A DNA stretch of 64,000 bases from Treponemataceae bacterium (GCA_963667725.2 CAXXHO010000005.1:992001-1056000), one strand, 5' to 3'; shown: positions 1-9,487, counted from the first letter of the stretch. Notes: generated from the letters alone by a model not told the origin. Made by a program: numbers and translations.

Positions 1-893
1 ATCATCGCCCGGGACTCGGGCGAGAGCAGTTTTTTCGGCGGAGATCGGCGTATCATCAGGGACATGCGCGCGCAGATGTTGATTTCTATGCCGACAGGGC
101 ATGGCATGCAGTAGCCGCAGCCGCGGCAGAATTCGCCCAGGAGTTCAGTCCTGTCCTTTTCTATGAGGGCGCGGATTTTATCAGTCAAACGGGGGGGATC
201 GGCTATGTAGGAGAGGAACTCATCCAGCTCGCTTTCCTTCTGGATGCCCCATATGGGAAGAACGTTGTCGAACTGATCGAGATAGGCATAGGCGGCCGCC
301 GAGTTGGTGATCAGGCCGCCGGAGAGCGCCTTCATGGCGATGAGCCCCATGTCGGCGTTTTTGCATTTTTGGACCAGTTCCAGGTCTTTGGCCGTCGCAA
401 GGTAGGAAAATGGAAACTGGAGGGTCTCATACAGACCTGAATCGACGCTTTCATGGGCGATCTGGAGTCTGTGGTTGGAAATGCCGATGTGACGGATCTT
501 CCCCTTTTCCTTGGCCTCGAGCATCGCCTCGTACAGGCCCGTGCCATCCCCCGGTTTCGGGCAGAAGGCGGGATTGTGGAATTGATAAAGGTCCAGATAG
601 TCGGTCTGGAGATCGCGGAGGCTGGTTTCGAGGTCGGCGCGCAGGTTTTCGCCCGTCTTGGCCTGGGTCTTGGAGGCTATGAATACCTTCTTCCTGACGT
701 CCTTTAAGGCCGCGCCCAGCTTCTTCTCGCTGTCGGAGTAGCCTCGCGCCGTATCGAAGAACCTGATTCCGCCCTCGTATGCTTTCAGGACGAGAGCCGC
801 GGCTTCATCCGGCGGGATTCGCTGTATGGGCAGGGCTCCGAAGCCATTCTTGTTTACCTTGATGCGGGTTTTTCCCAATGTGACCGTGGACAT
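1..893 (-). CDS. Aldo/keto reductase with C-terminal 4Fe-4S motif (3' end runs off window)
   Basis: Manual translation from ATG 893 (AAGGAAGG upstream): MSTVTLGKTRIKVNKNGFGALPIQR..FFDTARGYSDSE..DYLDLYQFH..IAMKALSGG..FCRGCGYCMPCP; open to the window edge, so absent from the ORF track. Confidence 0.9.
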   Translation of the reverse strand, partial: MSTVTLGKTRIKVNKNGFGALPIQRIPPDEAAALVLKAYEGGIRFFDTARGYSDSEKKLGAALKDVRKKVFIASKTQAKTGENLRADLETSLRDLQTDYLDLYQFHNPAFCPKPGDGTGLYEAMLEAKEKGKIRHIGISNHRLQIAHESVDSGLYETLQFPFSYLATAKDLELVQKCKNADMGLIAMKALSGGLITNSAAAYAYLDQFDNVLPIWGIQKESELDEFLSYIADPPRLTDKIRALIEKDRTELLGEFCRGCGYCMPCPVGIEINICARMSLMIRRSPPKKLLSPESRAM

Positions 894-984
894 GGCGTTC
901 CTTCCTTGTGCCGCCCGTTTTACCATGAAGGCGCTGAACTATGGAAGCGATTATGGATGCGATTATGATAGCGGCCAGGAAATC

Positions 985-1122
985 GTGTTGACAGCGGTTC
1001 CCGCGGCAGGCGGCGAGGCATGGCCACGTCTGCGTGATTCTGGCTTCGATTTCAACGATGAAACATTGGAGCGCGGTGTTTCACTCCTGGTGGCTTTGGC
1101 TCTTGGGTACGGGAACGCATAA
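985..1122 (+). pseudogene. Possible C-terminal remnant of an M20 amidohydrolase
   Basis: AGGEAWPRLRDSGFDFNDETLERGVSLLVALAL resembles the M20D C-terminus (G..LH...FDF.D..L..G); no credible start, and the upstream part overlaps the divergent AKR gene. Confidence 0.4.
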
Positions 1123-1182
1123 ATTATCACTATATAGTCATATTTGCTAATAAACGACAACAAACATTATTAAAACTTTTAA

Positions 1183-1210
1183 TTGACATAAGGATTTTTC
1201 TGTCTATACT
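1183..1210 (+). promoter_or_regulatory. sigma70-type promoter for the creatininase/dpp operon
   Basis: TTGACA-N16-TATACT in an AT-rich intergenic region, ~180 nt before ATG 1389. Confidence 0.7.
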
Positions 1211-1388
1211 TGGGAACTTATTGGGATATGGTGATGCGCCTATATATGCATAATCTTCTCCGACGCGGTTTTCCAAACCCCAGGGAGGATTCTTAAGCAG
1301 TCTCTATTAAGCCAGGTGTCTTAGCCGACCGAATATTGATACCGCGACAGTGCGTAAAATCAGCCCATAACCCTCAGGGAGCAGCGAT

Positions 1389-2141
1389 ATGACGTATAAG
1401 ATAGAAGAGATGAGCTGGACGGTTTTCGACGAGCGCAGAAAAATGACGGACACGGTGATAATTCCGACCGGCGCGGTGGAGATATATGGACCCCACCTGC
1501 CGATGGGCTCCGATACCATCGTCGCCGAGGCGCTCGCGCTCCGCGTAGCGGAGAAGACGGGCGCTCTCGTGGCGCCAGCCATCGGAATGGGCGACTCGTC
1601 GATGCTCCTGGATTATCCGGGCACGCTCACGCTGCGGAAATCCACCTACGAAGCGGCCATGGATGATCTGTGTACCGCTCTTATGGACTACGGATTCAAG
1701 AACCTCATGTTCATAAATGGTCATGCCGGCAATGTGGACATGGTGAATTATCTGGCCAGGCGTTACCAGAGAGAGCGCAAGGTGAAATGCGGCCAGATCG
1801 ACTGGTGGCGTTTCGCCGCCGCCAACGGCAATGACATCTTCGAGCTGAAGGGGTATATGGCTCACGGCCACGCGAGCGAATGCGGCACTTCGGTCTTGCT
1901 CTATCTGCGGCCCGACCTGGTGGACATGTCCAAGGCCACGCGGATCGAACCTCCCTCCGAATTCTACCAAGACTTTACCGACGTGATCCGCTATATCCCT
2001 TTGAGCGCCAAGACTCCCAACGCCACCGTCGGCGATGCCACGATCGCGACAGCCGAAAAGGGGAAAGCCCTCGTAGAGAAGTGCGTCGACCGGATTGCCG
2101 CCTATATGGCACATGAATTCAGTATCGAACTAAAGGCATAG
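1389..2141 (+). CDS. Creatininase/MftE family amidohydrolase (atypical metal ligands)
   Basis: IIPTGAVEIYGPHLPMGSD, FINGHAGN, HASECGTS, ATAEKG motifs. Confidence 0.88.
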   Translation: MTYKIEEMSWTVFDERRKMTDTVIIPTGAVEIYGPHLPMGSDTIVAEALALRVAEKTGALVAPAIGMGDSSMLLDYPGTLTLRKSTYEAAMDDLCTALMDYGFKNLMFINGHAGNVDMVNYLARRYQRERKVKCGQIDWWRFAAANGNDIFELKGYMAHGHASECGTSVLLYLRPDLVDMSKATRIEPPSEFYQDFTDVIRYIPLSAKTPNATVGDATIATAEKGKALVEKCVDRIAAYMAHEFSIELKA

Positions 2142-2172
2142 ACTAAATTTTTTTAAAGGAGACCCAGAAAAC

Positions 2173-3672
2173 ATGAAGAGAAAGGTAATCTTGATGGCCA
2201 TGGCCATCGCGCTGCTGCTCGCCGCGACCGTCGGCGCCGCGGACAACGCCGGCAGGAAGCTCAAGGACACCCTGAGGGTGGCGACATGGGAAGATCTGAA
2301 GACCATGGATCCCCAGGCATCCAATTTTGTTAGCAATTGGATGGTTCAGCTGAATATCTTCGACAAGCTCGTCTACGAGGATGCCGAAGGCGTGGTGCAT
2401 CCCCGTCTCGCCACCGAGTGGAAATTCCTCGACGACCTCACCCTGGAAATGAAGCTTCGTAAGGACGTCAAGTTCCACGATGGCGGTAAATTCACCGCCG
2501 AGGACGTTCTTTTCACCTTCAAGCGCGGTAAGGCCAACTCCATCAGCGCCTCCACCTTCGCTCCCTTCGATACCGACAACACCGTGATCGTGGATCCCTA
2601 CACCATCAGGATCAAGTTCAAGACCCCCTACGCGGCGATCTTCAACACCCTGACCACGGGACGCGGCGCCATCGTGAGCAAGGCCGCCGTCGAGCGGATG
2701 GGCGCCGACGCTTTTGCCCGCAATCCCGTCGGAACCGGTCCCTACAAGCTCGCTTCGTGGAAATCGGGTTCCGAGATCTCGCTTGTGCGCAATGAGGAAT
2801 ACTGGGGCGAAAAAGCGATCACGAAGAACGTGATCTACTCCATCATTCCCGAAGCCGCCAACCGCGTCATCGAGCTGGAGACCGGGGGCGTGGACGCCGT
2901 CTTTGATGTCAGCGCCAACGACGTCAAACGAGTGAAGAACCTGAAGGGCGCCCATATCCTCATGGGCGATTCCAGCCGCTACATGACCCTCACCTTCAGC
3001 ATGAAGGACAAGCTCCTCAGCAACAAAGACGTCAGGTACGCCTTGTCCTACGCCATCGACAAGGTCGCCCTCGTGGATGCGGTGTATGAAGGGACGGCCT
3101 CAGTGGCGAACGGCCTGTATCCGCCCACCGTCTTCGCGTTCAAGAACAAAGGCGTTCTGCCCTACGACCCGGTCAAGGCCAAGGAACTCCTCGCGAAGGC
3201 CGGCTATCCCGATGGCTTCACCATGAACTTCCTGCTTGAGAACCGCGAAGCCGACATTAGGCTCGCCTCCATCATCCAGAACATGTGGGCCGCCGTCGGC
3301 GTGAAGGTGAAGATTTTCCAGATGACCGCTTCCACCTACACCGCGCAGGGCAACAAATTCCAGGCGGGCATGAGAGCCGGCAACGTCAACGAGCCCTCCA
3401 ACATTCTCATCATCTACGACTCCGCCTTCGGCGAACGCCTCGAGCCGAACGATCCCTGGATCGACAAGAAGCTCGCTGCCGCAAAGACCATCTACGACAG
3501 CAAGAAACGCGCCGCGGCCTATGCGGAGATCCAGGATTACCTCTGGGATATCCGTTACACCGTGCCCTTCGCCTTTACGCCCGTCATCTACGGATTGAGC
3601 GACAGGGTGGAAGGCTGGACCTGCGATCCGATGCAGCAGGTGGAAATGGCCAAGGTTTCCGTCTACAAGTAA
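2173..3672 (+). CDS. Peptide/nickel ABC transporter substrate-binding protein (family 5)
   Basis: Signal peptide; LATEW..LRKDVKFHDG..FTAEDV, PVGTGPYK; AAGGAG RBS. Confidence 0.93.
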   Translation: MKRKVILMAMAIALLLAATVGAADNAGRKLKDTLRVATWEDLKTMDPQASNFVSNWMVQLNIFDKLVYEDAEGVVHPRLATEWKFLDDLTLEMKLRKDVKFHDGGKFTAEDVLFTFKRGKANSISASTFAPFDTDNTVIVDPYTIRIKFKTPYAAIFNTLTTGRGAIVSKAAVERMGADAFARNPVGTGPYKLASWKSGSEISLVRNEEYWGEKAITKNVIYSIIPEAANRVIELETGGVDAVFDVSANDVKRVKNLKGAHILMGDSSRYMTLTFSMKDKLLSNKDVRYALSYAIDKVALVDAVYEGTASVANGLYPPTVFAFKNKGVLPYDPVKAKELLAKAGYPDGFTMNFLLENREADIRLASIIQNMWAAVGVKVKIFQMTASTYTAQGNKFQAGMRAGNVNEPSNILIIYDSAFGERLEPNDPWIDKKLAAAKTIYDSKKRAAAYAEIQDYLWDIRYTVPFAFTPVIYGLSDRVEGWTCDPMQQVEMAKVSVYK

Positions 3673-3708
3673 GCGTTCAAGAACATTTTTCCGCAGTACA
3701 TGCGTAAA

Positions 3709-3753
3709 GGACCCTCGATCCGGCAAAGCCTGCCGGGTTGGGGATCCTGTTTT
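3709..3753 (+). terminator. Intra-operon stem-loop after the SBP gene (attenuator or mRNA stabiliser)
   Basis: CCGGCA/TGCCGG core stem with G-U extension, followed by TGTTTT. Confidence 0.55.
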
Positions 3754-3794
3754 ATGGAGTCGGCATATATTCCGCCGGGAAGGAGAATGGTTCC

Positions 3795-4766
3795 TTGATC
3801 AAATTCATATTCAGAAGGCTGGTGATGATGATACCCGTGCTGCTGGGGGTGTCATTCGTCATTTTCGGCATGCTTTTTTTCGCGCCGGGGGACGCTGCCG
3901 ACGCCATTCTCGGCGATATGGCCACGCCGACGGACAAGCAGCTTTTCCGCGAGCAGCAGGGCCTGGACAAGCCTTTTTTCGTCCAGTATCTGCGCTATAT
4001 GAAAGGCGTCGTCTTCGAAGGCGACCTTGGGACATCGTACGTGACGAGGCAGCCTGTCACGGATGAGATCCTGCAGCGCTTCCCGGCCACGCTCAAGCTT
4101 TCCGCGCTCAGCGTGCTGCTGGCCGTCATCATCGGCATCTCGGTGGGCATCATTTCGGCGACAAGGCAATATTCATTCATCGATCAGTTCGCGACCTCGA
4201 TTTCGATGATCGGCGTATCCATGCCCAATTTCTGGCAGGGGATGATGCTGATAATCGTCTTCGCCGTGTGGCTGCGATGGTTCCCGCCCTCGGGATTCAG
4301 CACGCCCATGCATTGGGTGCTTCCCGTCGTCACGGTGGGGACCAACGCTTCGGCCAATATAATGCGCATGACCCGCTCGAGCATGCTCGAGATAATCCGC
4401 CAGGATTACATCAGGACGGCCCGCGCCAAGGGACAGTCCGAAAGGGTCGTCATCTGGAAGCACGCGCTCAAGAACGCGTTGATCCCCATCATCACCGTCG
4501 TGGGGCTTTCCTTCGGAAGGCAGCTCGGCGGCGCCGTCCTGACGGAATCCATCTTTTCCATCGCCGGCGTCGGCAAACTCATGGTGGATGCCATAAAGCT
4601 TAAAAACTTCCCGATGGTCCAGGGCGGCGTCCTTTTCATAGCCTTCGTCATGTCGCTGGTGAACCTTCTGGTGGATATCTTGTACAGTTTCGCTGATCCC
4701 AGGATCCGTTCCATGTACACCCGACCCAGGACGAAAAAGCCGCAGCCGGCGAAGGAGGCGGCATAA
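3795..4766 (+). CDS. dppB: Peptide ABC permease (DppB/OppB family)
   Basis: TTG start after AAGGAG; MRMTRSSMLE..DYIRTARAKG..KHALKNA. Confidence 0.92.
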   Translation: MIKFIFRRLVMMIPVLLGVSFVIFGMLFFAPGDAADAILGDMATPTDKQLFREQQGLDKPFFVQYLRYMKGVVFEGDLGTSYVTRQPVTDEILQRFPATLKLSALSVLLAVIIGISVGIISATRQYSFIDQFATSISMIGVSMPNFWQGMMLIIVFAVWLRWFPPSGFSTPMHWVLPVVTVGTNASANIMRMTRSSMLEIIRQDYIRTARAKGQSERVVIWKHALKNALIPIITVVGLSFGRQLGGAVLTESIFSIAGVGKLMVDAIKLKNFPMVQGGVLFIAFVMSLVNLLVDILYSFADPRIRSMYTRPRTKKPQPAKEAA

Positions 4767-4767
4767 T

Positions 4768-5646
4768 ATGGCAGACAACGAAGTCCTCTCCGTAAAAATG
4801 AAAAAGCGCGGCCAGTCCAAGGAGATCTGGCGGCGTTTCGTCAAGAACAAGGGGGCCGTGCTCGGCCTCGCCTTCATCGTTCTCCTGACGATACTGGCCC
4901 TCGTCCCTTCGCTCATAGCGCCCTATGGATTCGACGAACAGATGCTCTCCCGCCGTTTCAAGGCGCCCTCCCTCGAGTATCCCTTCGGAACCGACGAATT
5001 CGGCAGGGACATATTCAGCAGGGTCATCTTCGGCTGCAGGATCTCGCTTACCCTGGGGCTGGTGTCGGTCACGATATCCTGCCTGATCGGGATCATCCTG
5101 GGGTGCATCTCGGGCTATTACGGCAAGGTCGTGGACAACATCATAATGCGCTTCATCGACGTCATGCTCTCGATACCGAACATACTCCTGGCCGTTTCGA
5201 TCGTCGCCGCCATGGGCACGAGTTTCTTCAACCTGATCCTCGCCATAGGAATCGGCGCGGTGCCCGGCTACGCTCGCGTCGTGCGCGCTTCCATCCTCTC
5301 GGTGAAGGAACAGGAATACATCGAAGCCGCCCGCTCCAACGGCGCCAGCGACTGGCGCATCATCACGCGCCATATCATTCCGAACTGCATGGCGCCCATC
5401 ATCGTCCAGGCTACGATGAGCATAGCTGCCGCCATCATCCAGGGCGCGGGAATGAGCTTCATCGGATTGGGCATAATGCCCCCGACGCCGGAGTGGGGTT
5501 CGATGCTCGCTTCCGGCAGGGCTTTCATCCGCGATTACTGGTGGGTCGTCACTTTCCCCGGACTCGCTATAATGCTTACGGTTTTTTCCATCAATCTTCT
5601 GGGCGACGGGCTGCGCGACGCTCTCGATCCACGGCTCAAGAGCTAA
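4768..5646 (+). CDS. dppC: Peptide ABC permease (DppC/OppC family)
   Basis: FGTDEFGRDIFSR, EYIEAARSNGA, GDGLRDALDPR. Confidence 0.93.
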   Translation: MADNEVLSVKMKKRGQSKEIWRRFVKNKGAVLGLAFIVLLTILALVPSLIAPYGFDEQMLSRRFKAPSLEYPFGTDEFGRDIFSRVIFGCRISLTLGLVSVTISCLIGIILGCISGYYGKVVDNIIMRFIDVMLSIPNILLAVSIVAAMGTSFFNLILAIGIGAVPGYARVVRASILSVKEQEYIEAARSNGASDWRIITRHIIPNCMAPIIVQATMSIAAAIIQGAGMSFIGLGIMPPTPEWGSMLASGRAFIRDYWWVVTFPGLAIMLTVFSINLLGDGLRDALDPRLKS

Positions 5647-5657
5647 GGGGACGGTGA

Positions 5658-6623
5658 ATGAACGACAATATTCTCGAGATCAAGAATCTCGTTGTCCATT
5701 ACGTGACGGACACTACCACCGTTCACGCCGTAAACGGAATGACTATTTCGCTGAAGAAGGGCGAATCCCTCGGCTTGGTCGGCGAGACGGGCGCGGGTAA
5801 GACCACCACGGCGCTCAGCATAATGCAACTGATCCCCGATCCGCCCGGGAAGATCGTCAGCGGCGAGATACGCTACGACGGGCAGGACCTCGTCGCCATG
5901 TCGCCCGCCGAAAAGCGCTCGATACGCGGCAACAAGATTTCCATGATTTTCCAGGATCCCATGACGGCCCTGAACCCCGTCCTCACGGTCGGCGATCAGA
6001 TAGCGGAAGTTGTGCGCCTTCATCAGAAAATATCCCGCGCGAAGGCTTCCATAAAGGCCCAGGAAATGCTGGAGCTTGTGGGCATTCCGGGCGAACGTTA
6101 TGCGGAATATCCGCACCAGTTTTCCGGCGGCATGAAACAGCGGGTGGTCATCGCGATCGCGCTGGCCTGCAATCCCGAGCTGCTGATAGCTGATGAGCCG
6201 ACCACGGCCCTCGACGTGACGATACAGGACCAGGTGCTCGATCTCATGGAAAAGCTCATGAGGGACAGGGGTACGTCGCTCATCCTCATCACGCACGACC
6301 TGGGCGTGGTGGCCGAGATCTGCCAGAAAGCGGCCATAATGTACGCGGGTGAGATCGTGGAATATGGTACCTTGGAGCATATTTACAATAACACCAAACA
6401 TCCCTACACGATCGGTCTATTCGGTTCGATTCCCAACCTGAACGAGGATGTCGACCGGCTCCAGCCGATCACCGGTTTGATGCCAGATCCGACGGATCTT
6501 CCTCAGGGCTGCGTTTTCGCGCCGCGATGCCCCGATGCCTCGGAGAAATGCCGCGCCGCGGCTGTGCCTGTCGTGGAAGTGGAGCCTGGGCATTTCGTGA
6601 AATGCGTGAAGTACCATGGGTAA
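5658..6623 (+). CDS. dppD: Peptide ABC ATPase (DppD/OppD)
   Basis: [27 protein letters not shown]-terminal GCVFAPRC. Confidence 0.93.
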   Translation: MNDNILEIKNLVVHYVTDTTTVHAVNGMTISLKKGESLGLVGETGAGKTTTALSIMQLIPDPPGKIVSGEIRYDGQDLVAMSPAEKRSIRGNKISMIFQDPMTALNPVLTVGDQIAEVVRLHQKISRAKASIKAQEMLELVGIPGERYAEYPHQFSGGMKQRVVIAIALACNPELLIADEPTTALDVTIQDQVLDLMEKLMRDRGTSLILITHDLGVVAEICQKAAIMYAGEIVEYGTLEHIYNNTKHPYTIGLFGSIPNLNEDVDRLQPITGLMPDPTDLPQGCVFAPRCPDASEKCRAAAVPVVEVEPGHFVKCVKYHG

Positions 6624-6632
6624 GAGGTTGAT

Positions 6633-7598
6633 ATGAGCGCACTTATAGAAGTCAAAGATCTCAGGAAATATTTCAAGACACCCAGGGGCGATCTTCATGC
6701 CGTCGACGGCGTATCCTTCGCCATCGAAAAGGGCAGGACGCTCGGCGTCGTGGGTGAATCGGGCTGTGGCAAGTCGACGCTCGGCCGGCTGACCATCCAC
6801 CTTCTGGAGGCCACCTCGGGCAGTATCCATTTCGAGGGCGAGGATATCAGCCAGCTGAATCGCGCCGACCTCAAGCGCTATCGCCAGGATATGCAGATGA
6901 TTTTCCAGGATCCCTTTTCATCCCTCGATCCGAGAATGTCGGTGAGCAATCTCATCGCTGAGCCCCTGAAGATCTATAATAAGTTCAAGAACCCCGCTGA
7001 ACTGAGCGAGCAGGTCGGAAAGCTTATGGATACGGTAGGTCTCGCGCGCAGGCTTTCGGATTCCTATCCGCACGAGCTGGACGGCGGCCGCCGCCAGCGC
7101 ATCGGCGTGGCGCGCGCCCTGTCCCTCAATCCGAAGTTCATCGTCTGCGACGAACCTGTCTCCGCCCTCGACGTATCCATCCAGGCTCAGATCCTCAACC
7201 TGATGCAGGATCTGCAGCAGGAGAGAAACCTTACCTATCTCTTCATCACGCATAACATGGCCGTCGTCAAGCATATCTCCGACAACATCCTCGTCATGTA
7301 TATGGGCAAGATGGTCGAGTACGCGCCCGTGAAGGAAATTTTCAAGTACCGCTTTCATCCCTACACCAAGGCGCTGCTCGCCGCGGTTCCCGTGCCCGCG
7401 CTTGGCGCGAAGAAGGGCAGGCGTCTGCTCAAAGGGGAAATTTCCTCGCCCATTAATCCGAAACCCGGCTGCAGGTTCGCCAAGCGCTGCGAATACGCCA
7501 CCGAAATCTGCTCTACCACGGAGCCTGCGTTCGAAAAGGCGAGAGAGGATTATTACGTTGCCTGCCATCATGTCAAAGCCATCAACGGCCTTGTTTAG
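6633..7598 (+). CDS. dppF: Peptide ABC ATPase (DppF/OppF)
   Basis: [35 protein letters not shown]. Confidence 0.93.
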   Translation: MSALIEVKDLRKYFKTPRGDLHAVDGVSFAIEKGRTLGVVGESGCGKSTLGRLTIHLLEATSGSIHFEGEDISQLNRADLKRYRQDMQMIFQDPFSSLDPRMSVSNLIAEPLKIYNKFKNPAELSEQVGKLMDTVGLARRLSDSYPHELDGGRRQRIGVARALSLNPKFIVCDEPVSALDVSIQAQILNLMQDLQQERNLTYLFITHNMAVVKHISDNILVMYMGKMVEYAPVKEIFKYRFHPYTKALLAAVPVPALGAKKGRRLLKGEISSPINPKPGCRFAKRCEYATEICSTTEPAFEKAREDYYVACHHVKAINGLV

Positions 7599-7608
7599 AG
7601 GAGTGAAT

Positions 7609-8439
7609 ATGATGAGAAAATTCCTGATCGGGATCATCCAGCTGGATACGCAGAACGATAAGGGGAAGAACCTGGCCCAGATCTGCGAATATATCGACGA
7701 AGCCGCGAGCAAGGGCGCGCAACTCGTCGCCCTTCCCGAGGTGATGAACCTTCTGGGAGACAATATCGGCGAAGGCGGCGGGGCTGAACCCATCCCCGGC
7801 TACAGCACGAAAATTCTGGCGCGGAAGGCCAAGGAACTTGGCATATACATCCATTGCGGCAGCATCAAGGAGGAAATCCCCGGCGAGACGAAAGGATTCA
7901 ATACCACCGTCATGCTGGACAGGGAGGGCAGGATCATCGCGCGCTACAGAAAACTCCACACCTTCGATGTCACCCTCACGGACGGCACCGTATGCAACGA
8001 GTCGGCCAGAATCCAGCCAGGCGCGGAAATCGTTACCGTGGACAGCGACCTGGGCAAGCTTGGATTCTCCATCTGCTACGATATCCGCTTTCCCGAGCTG
8101 TTCCGTCTTCTCGCCCTGGATGGCGCCCAGATCATCTTTACGCCAGCCAACTTTACCTTGCCCACGGGCAAAGATCACTGGGAGCCCATTCTCCGCGCCC
8201 GCGCCATCGAAAACGGCTGCTATATAGTCGCGCCGGCTCAAATAGGCAAGAAACCCAATTTCACCGCATTCGGCAACAGCCTTGTCGTGGATCCCTGGGG
8301 AACCGTCATCGCGAGATCCAAGGATCAGCCGGGCGTGACGTTGGCTGAAATCGATTTGGATTTCCTGGACAAGATCCGAGGGCAGATCCCGTCGCTGAAG
8401 AACAGAAGGTCTGATATTTATGAGCTCAAAATTCGCTAA
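7609..8439 (+). CDS. Carbon-nitrogen hydrolase (Nit1/Nit2-like amidase)
   Basis: E-K-C triad: ALPE, YRKLHTFD, ICYDIRFPE; ARAIEN, DPWG; AGGAG RBS before ATG 7609/7612. Confidence 0.92.
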   Translation: MMRKFLIGIIQLDTQNDKGKNLAQICEYIDEAASKGAQLVALPEVMNLLGDNIGEGGGAEPIPGYSTKILARKAKELGIYIHCGSIKEEIPGETKGFNTTVMLDREGRIIARYRKLHTFDVTLTDGTVCNESARIQPGAEIVTVDSDLGKLGFSICYDIRFPELFRLLALDGAQIIFTPANFTLPTGKDHWEPILRARAIENGCYIVAPAQIGKKPNFTAFGNSLVVDPWGTVIARSKDQPGVTLAEIDLDFLDKIRGQIPSLKNRRSDIYELKIR

Positions 8440-8451
8440 GCGAGGTTAATA

Positions 8452-9114
8452 ATGGCAATTCCGCAAGACATCATCGACCGGTTCATGAAAGTGGATCCGG
8501 CGACCATCGGTCATTATATCGGCGGCGGCTACATGCGCCCCGAGATGAAGCCGATCAGCAAGAACTCGAAAATGGTCGGGCCCGCCTATACGGTGAGGCT
8601 GCAGGGCAAGGATTCCTGCGCGCTCTATTACGCCATGGAACACGCGCCGAAGGGATCGGTCATCGTGATCGACCGCTGCGGCGATACGACCTATGCCTGC
8701 GTGGGCGAAATGGTGGCGTTATTCTGCGAGTGCCAGGGCTTCGCCGGCATCGTCATCGACGGTCCGGCGACCGATTCCCTGGCCATTGAAAAGTCAGGAT
8801 ATCCGGTTTTCTGCACCGGCCTATCGGTGGTGACGACCAACGTCATCGGAATCTCCGGCGAGCATGACGTCACGGTCAGCTGTTCGGGCGCTGTCGTCCA
8901 TCCCGGCGATCTCGTCTTCGGCGACGCCGACGGCGTCGTGGTCATTCCTCCCGACAATTACATGGACTTGCTCGTCAGGGCGGAGGAATCCGTAGCCAAG
9001 GAAGTGGAACTGCGCAAGCATTTCCGCGCGGGTGGATTCCCCAAGATTAACGTTGAGCGACTCTATAATACTGATGTCATGGCCATGATAAACGAGCTGA
9101 AAAAGTTCGATTGA
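8452..9114 (+). CDS. RraA family protein (HMG/CHA aldolase-like)
   Basis: GPAYTV, VIVID..ACVGE, GIVIDG..TD, VHPGDLVFGDADGVVVIP. Confidence 0.88.
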   Translation: MAIPQDIIDRFMKVDPATIGHYIGGGYMRPEMKPISKNSKMVGPAYTVRLQGKDSCALYYAMEHAPKGSVIVIDRCGDTTYACVGEMVALFCECQGFAGIVIDGPATDSLAIEKSGYPVFCTGLSVVTTNVIGISGEHDVTVSCSGAVVHPGDLVFGDADGVVVIPPDNYMDLLVRAEESVAKEVELRKHFRAGGFPKINVERLYNTDVMAMINELKKFD

Positions 9115-9118
9115 GCCG

Positions 9119-9457
9119 CTAGTTCCTGATGAAAAGAACGCTCTGGATGAGGTCGCCGTCTACCTTGTAGATGGCGACGACTTCCAGCGGCTTGTCTCCC
9201 GCACTTACACCATCGACCAGTTCATGATCGATAACGTAATTGCCCTTGACGATCCTGTTCGCGATCCTGGCCTTGAGCGCGGGGTTCGAAAACTTCTTGC
9301 CGTATATTTCCCTCAGCTCGTCCTTCGAACTCGCCAAAGCGCCTGCCTCGCCCATATTCCTCAGCTCCGCGTCATCGGCGTAACATGAGCAGAAACCTTC
9401 CAGGTCGTGCGCGTTGTAGAGTTCCAGCTGCCTGGAAACGATTTCCGCTTGTGTCAT
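9119..9457 (-). CDS. SnoaL/NTF2-like small protein
   Basis: QLELYNAHDLEGF..YADDA..RIVKGNYVIDHE..VVAIYKV. Confidence 0.85.
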   Translation of the reverse strand: MTQAEIVSRQLELYNAHDLEGFCSCYADDAELRNMGEAGALASSKDELREIYGKKFSNPALKARIANRIVKGNYVIDHELVDGVSAGDKPLEVVAIYKVDGDLIQSVLFIRN

Positions 9458-9487
9458 ATTCGGTCTCCTTCGGCGAGTATCGTCGTA

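Noticed and set aside
1205..1290. GATATGG suggesting a purine riboswitch
   Set aside because: No TTTCTACC or CCGTAAA elements at the required spacing
3738..3794. Upstream-extended starts in the ORF track (e.g. 3738, 7402, 19555, 30761, 40150, 50549, 61825)
   Set aside because: Downstream starts have SD sites, signal peptides or family-typical N-termini; the extensions overlap promoters or neighbouring genes
7075..7101. LDGGRRQR instead of the LSGGQ ABC signature
   Set aside because: A recurrent variant in DppF/OppF-type ATPases; Walker A/B and the H-loop are intact
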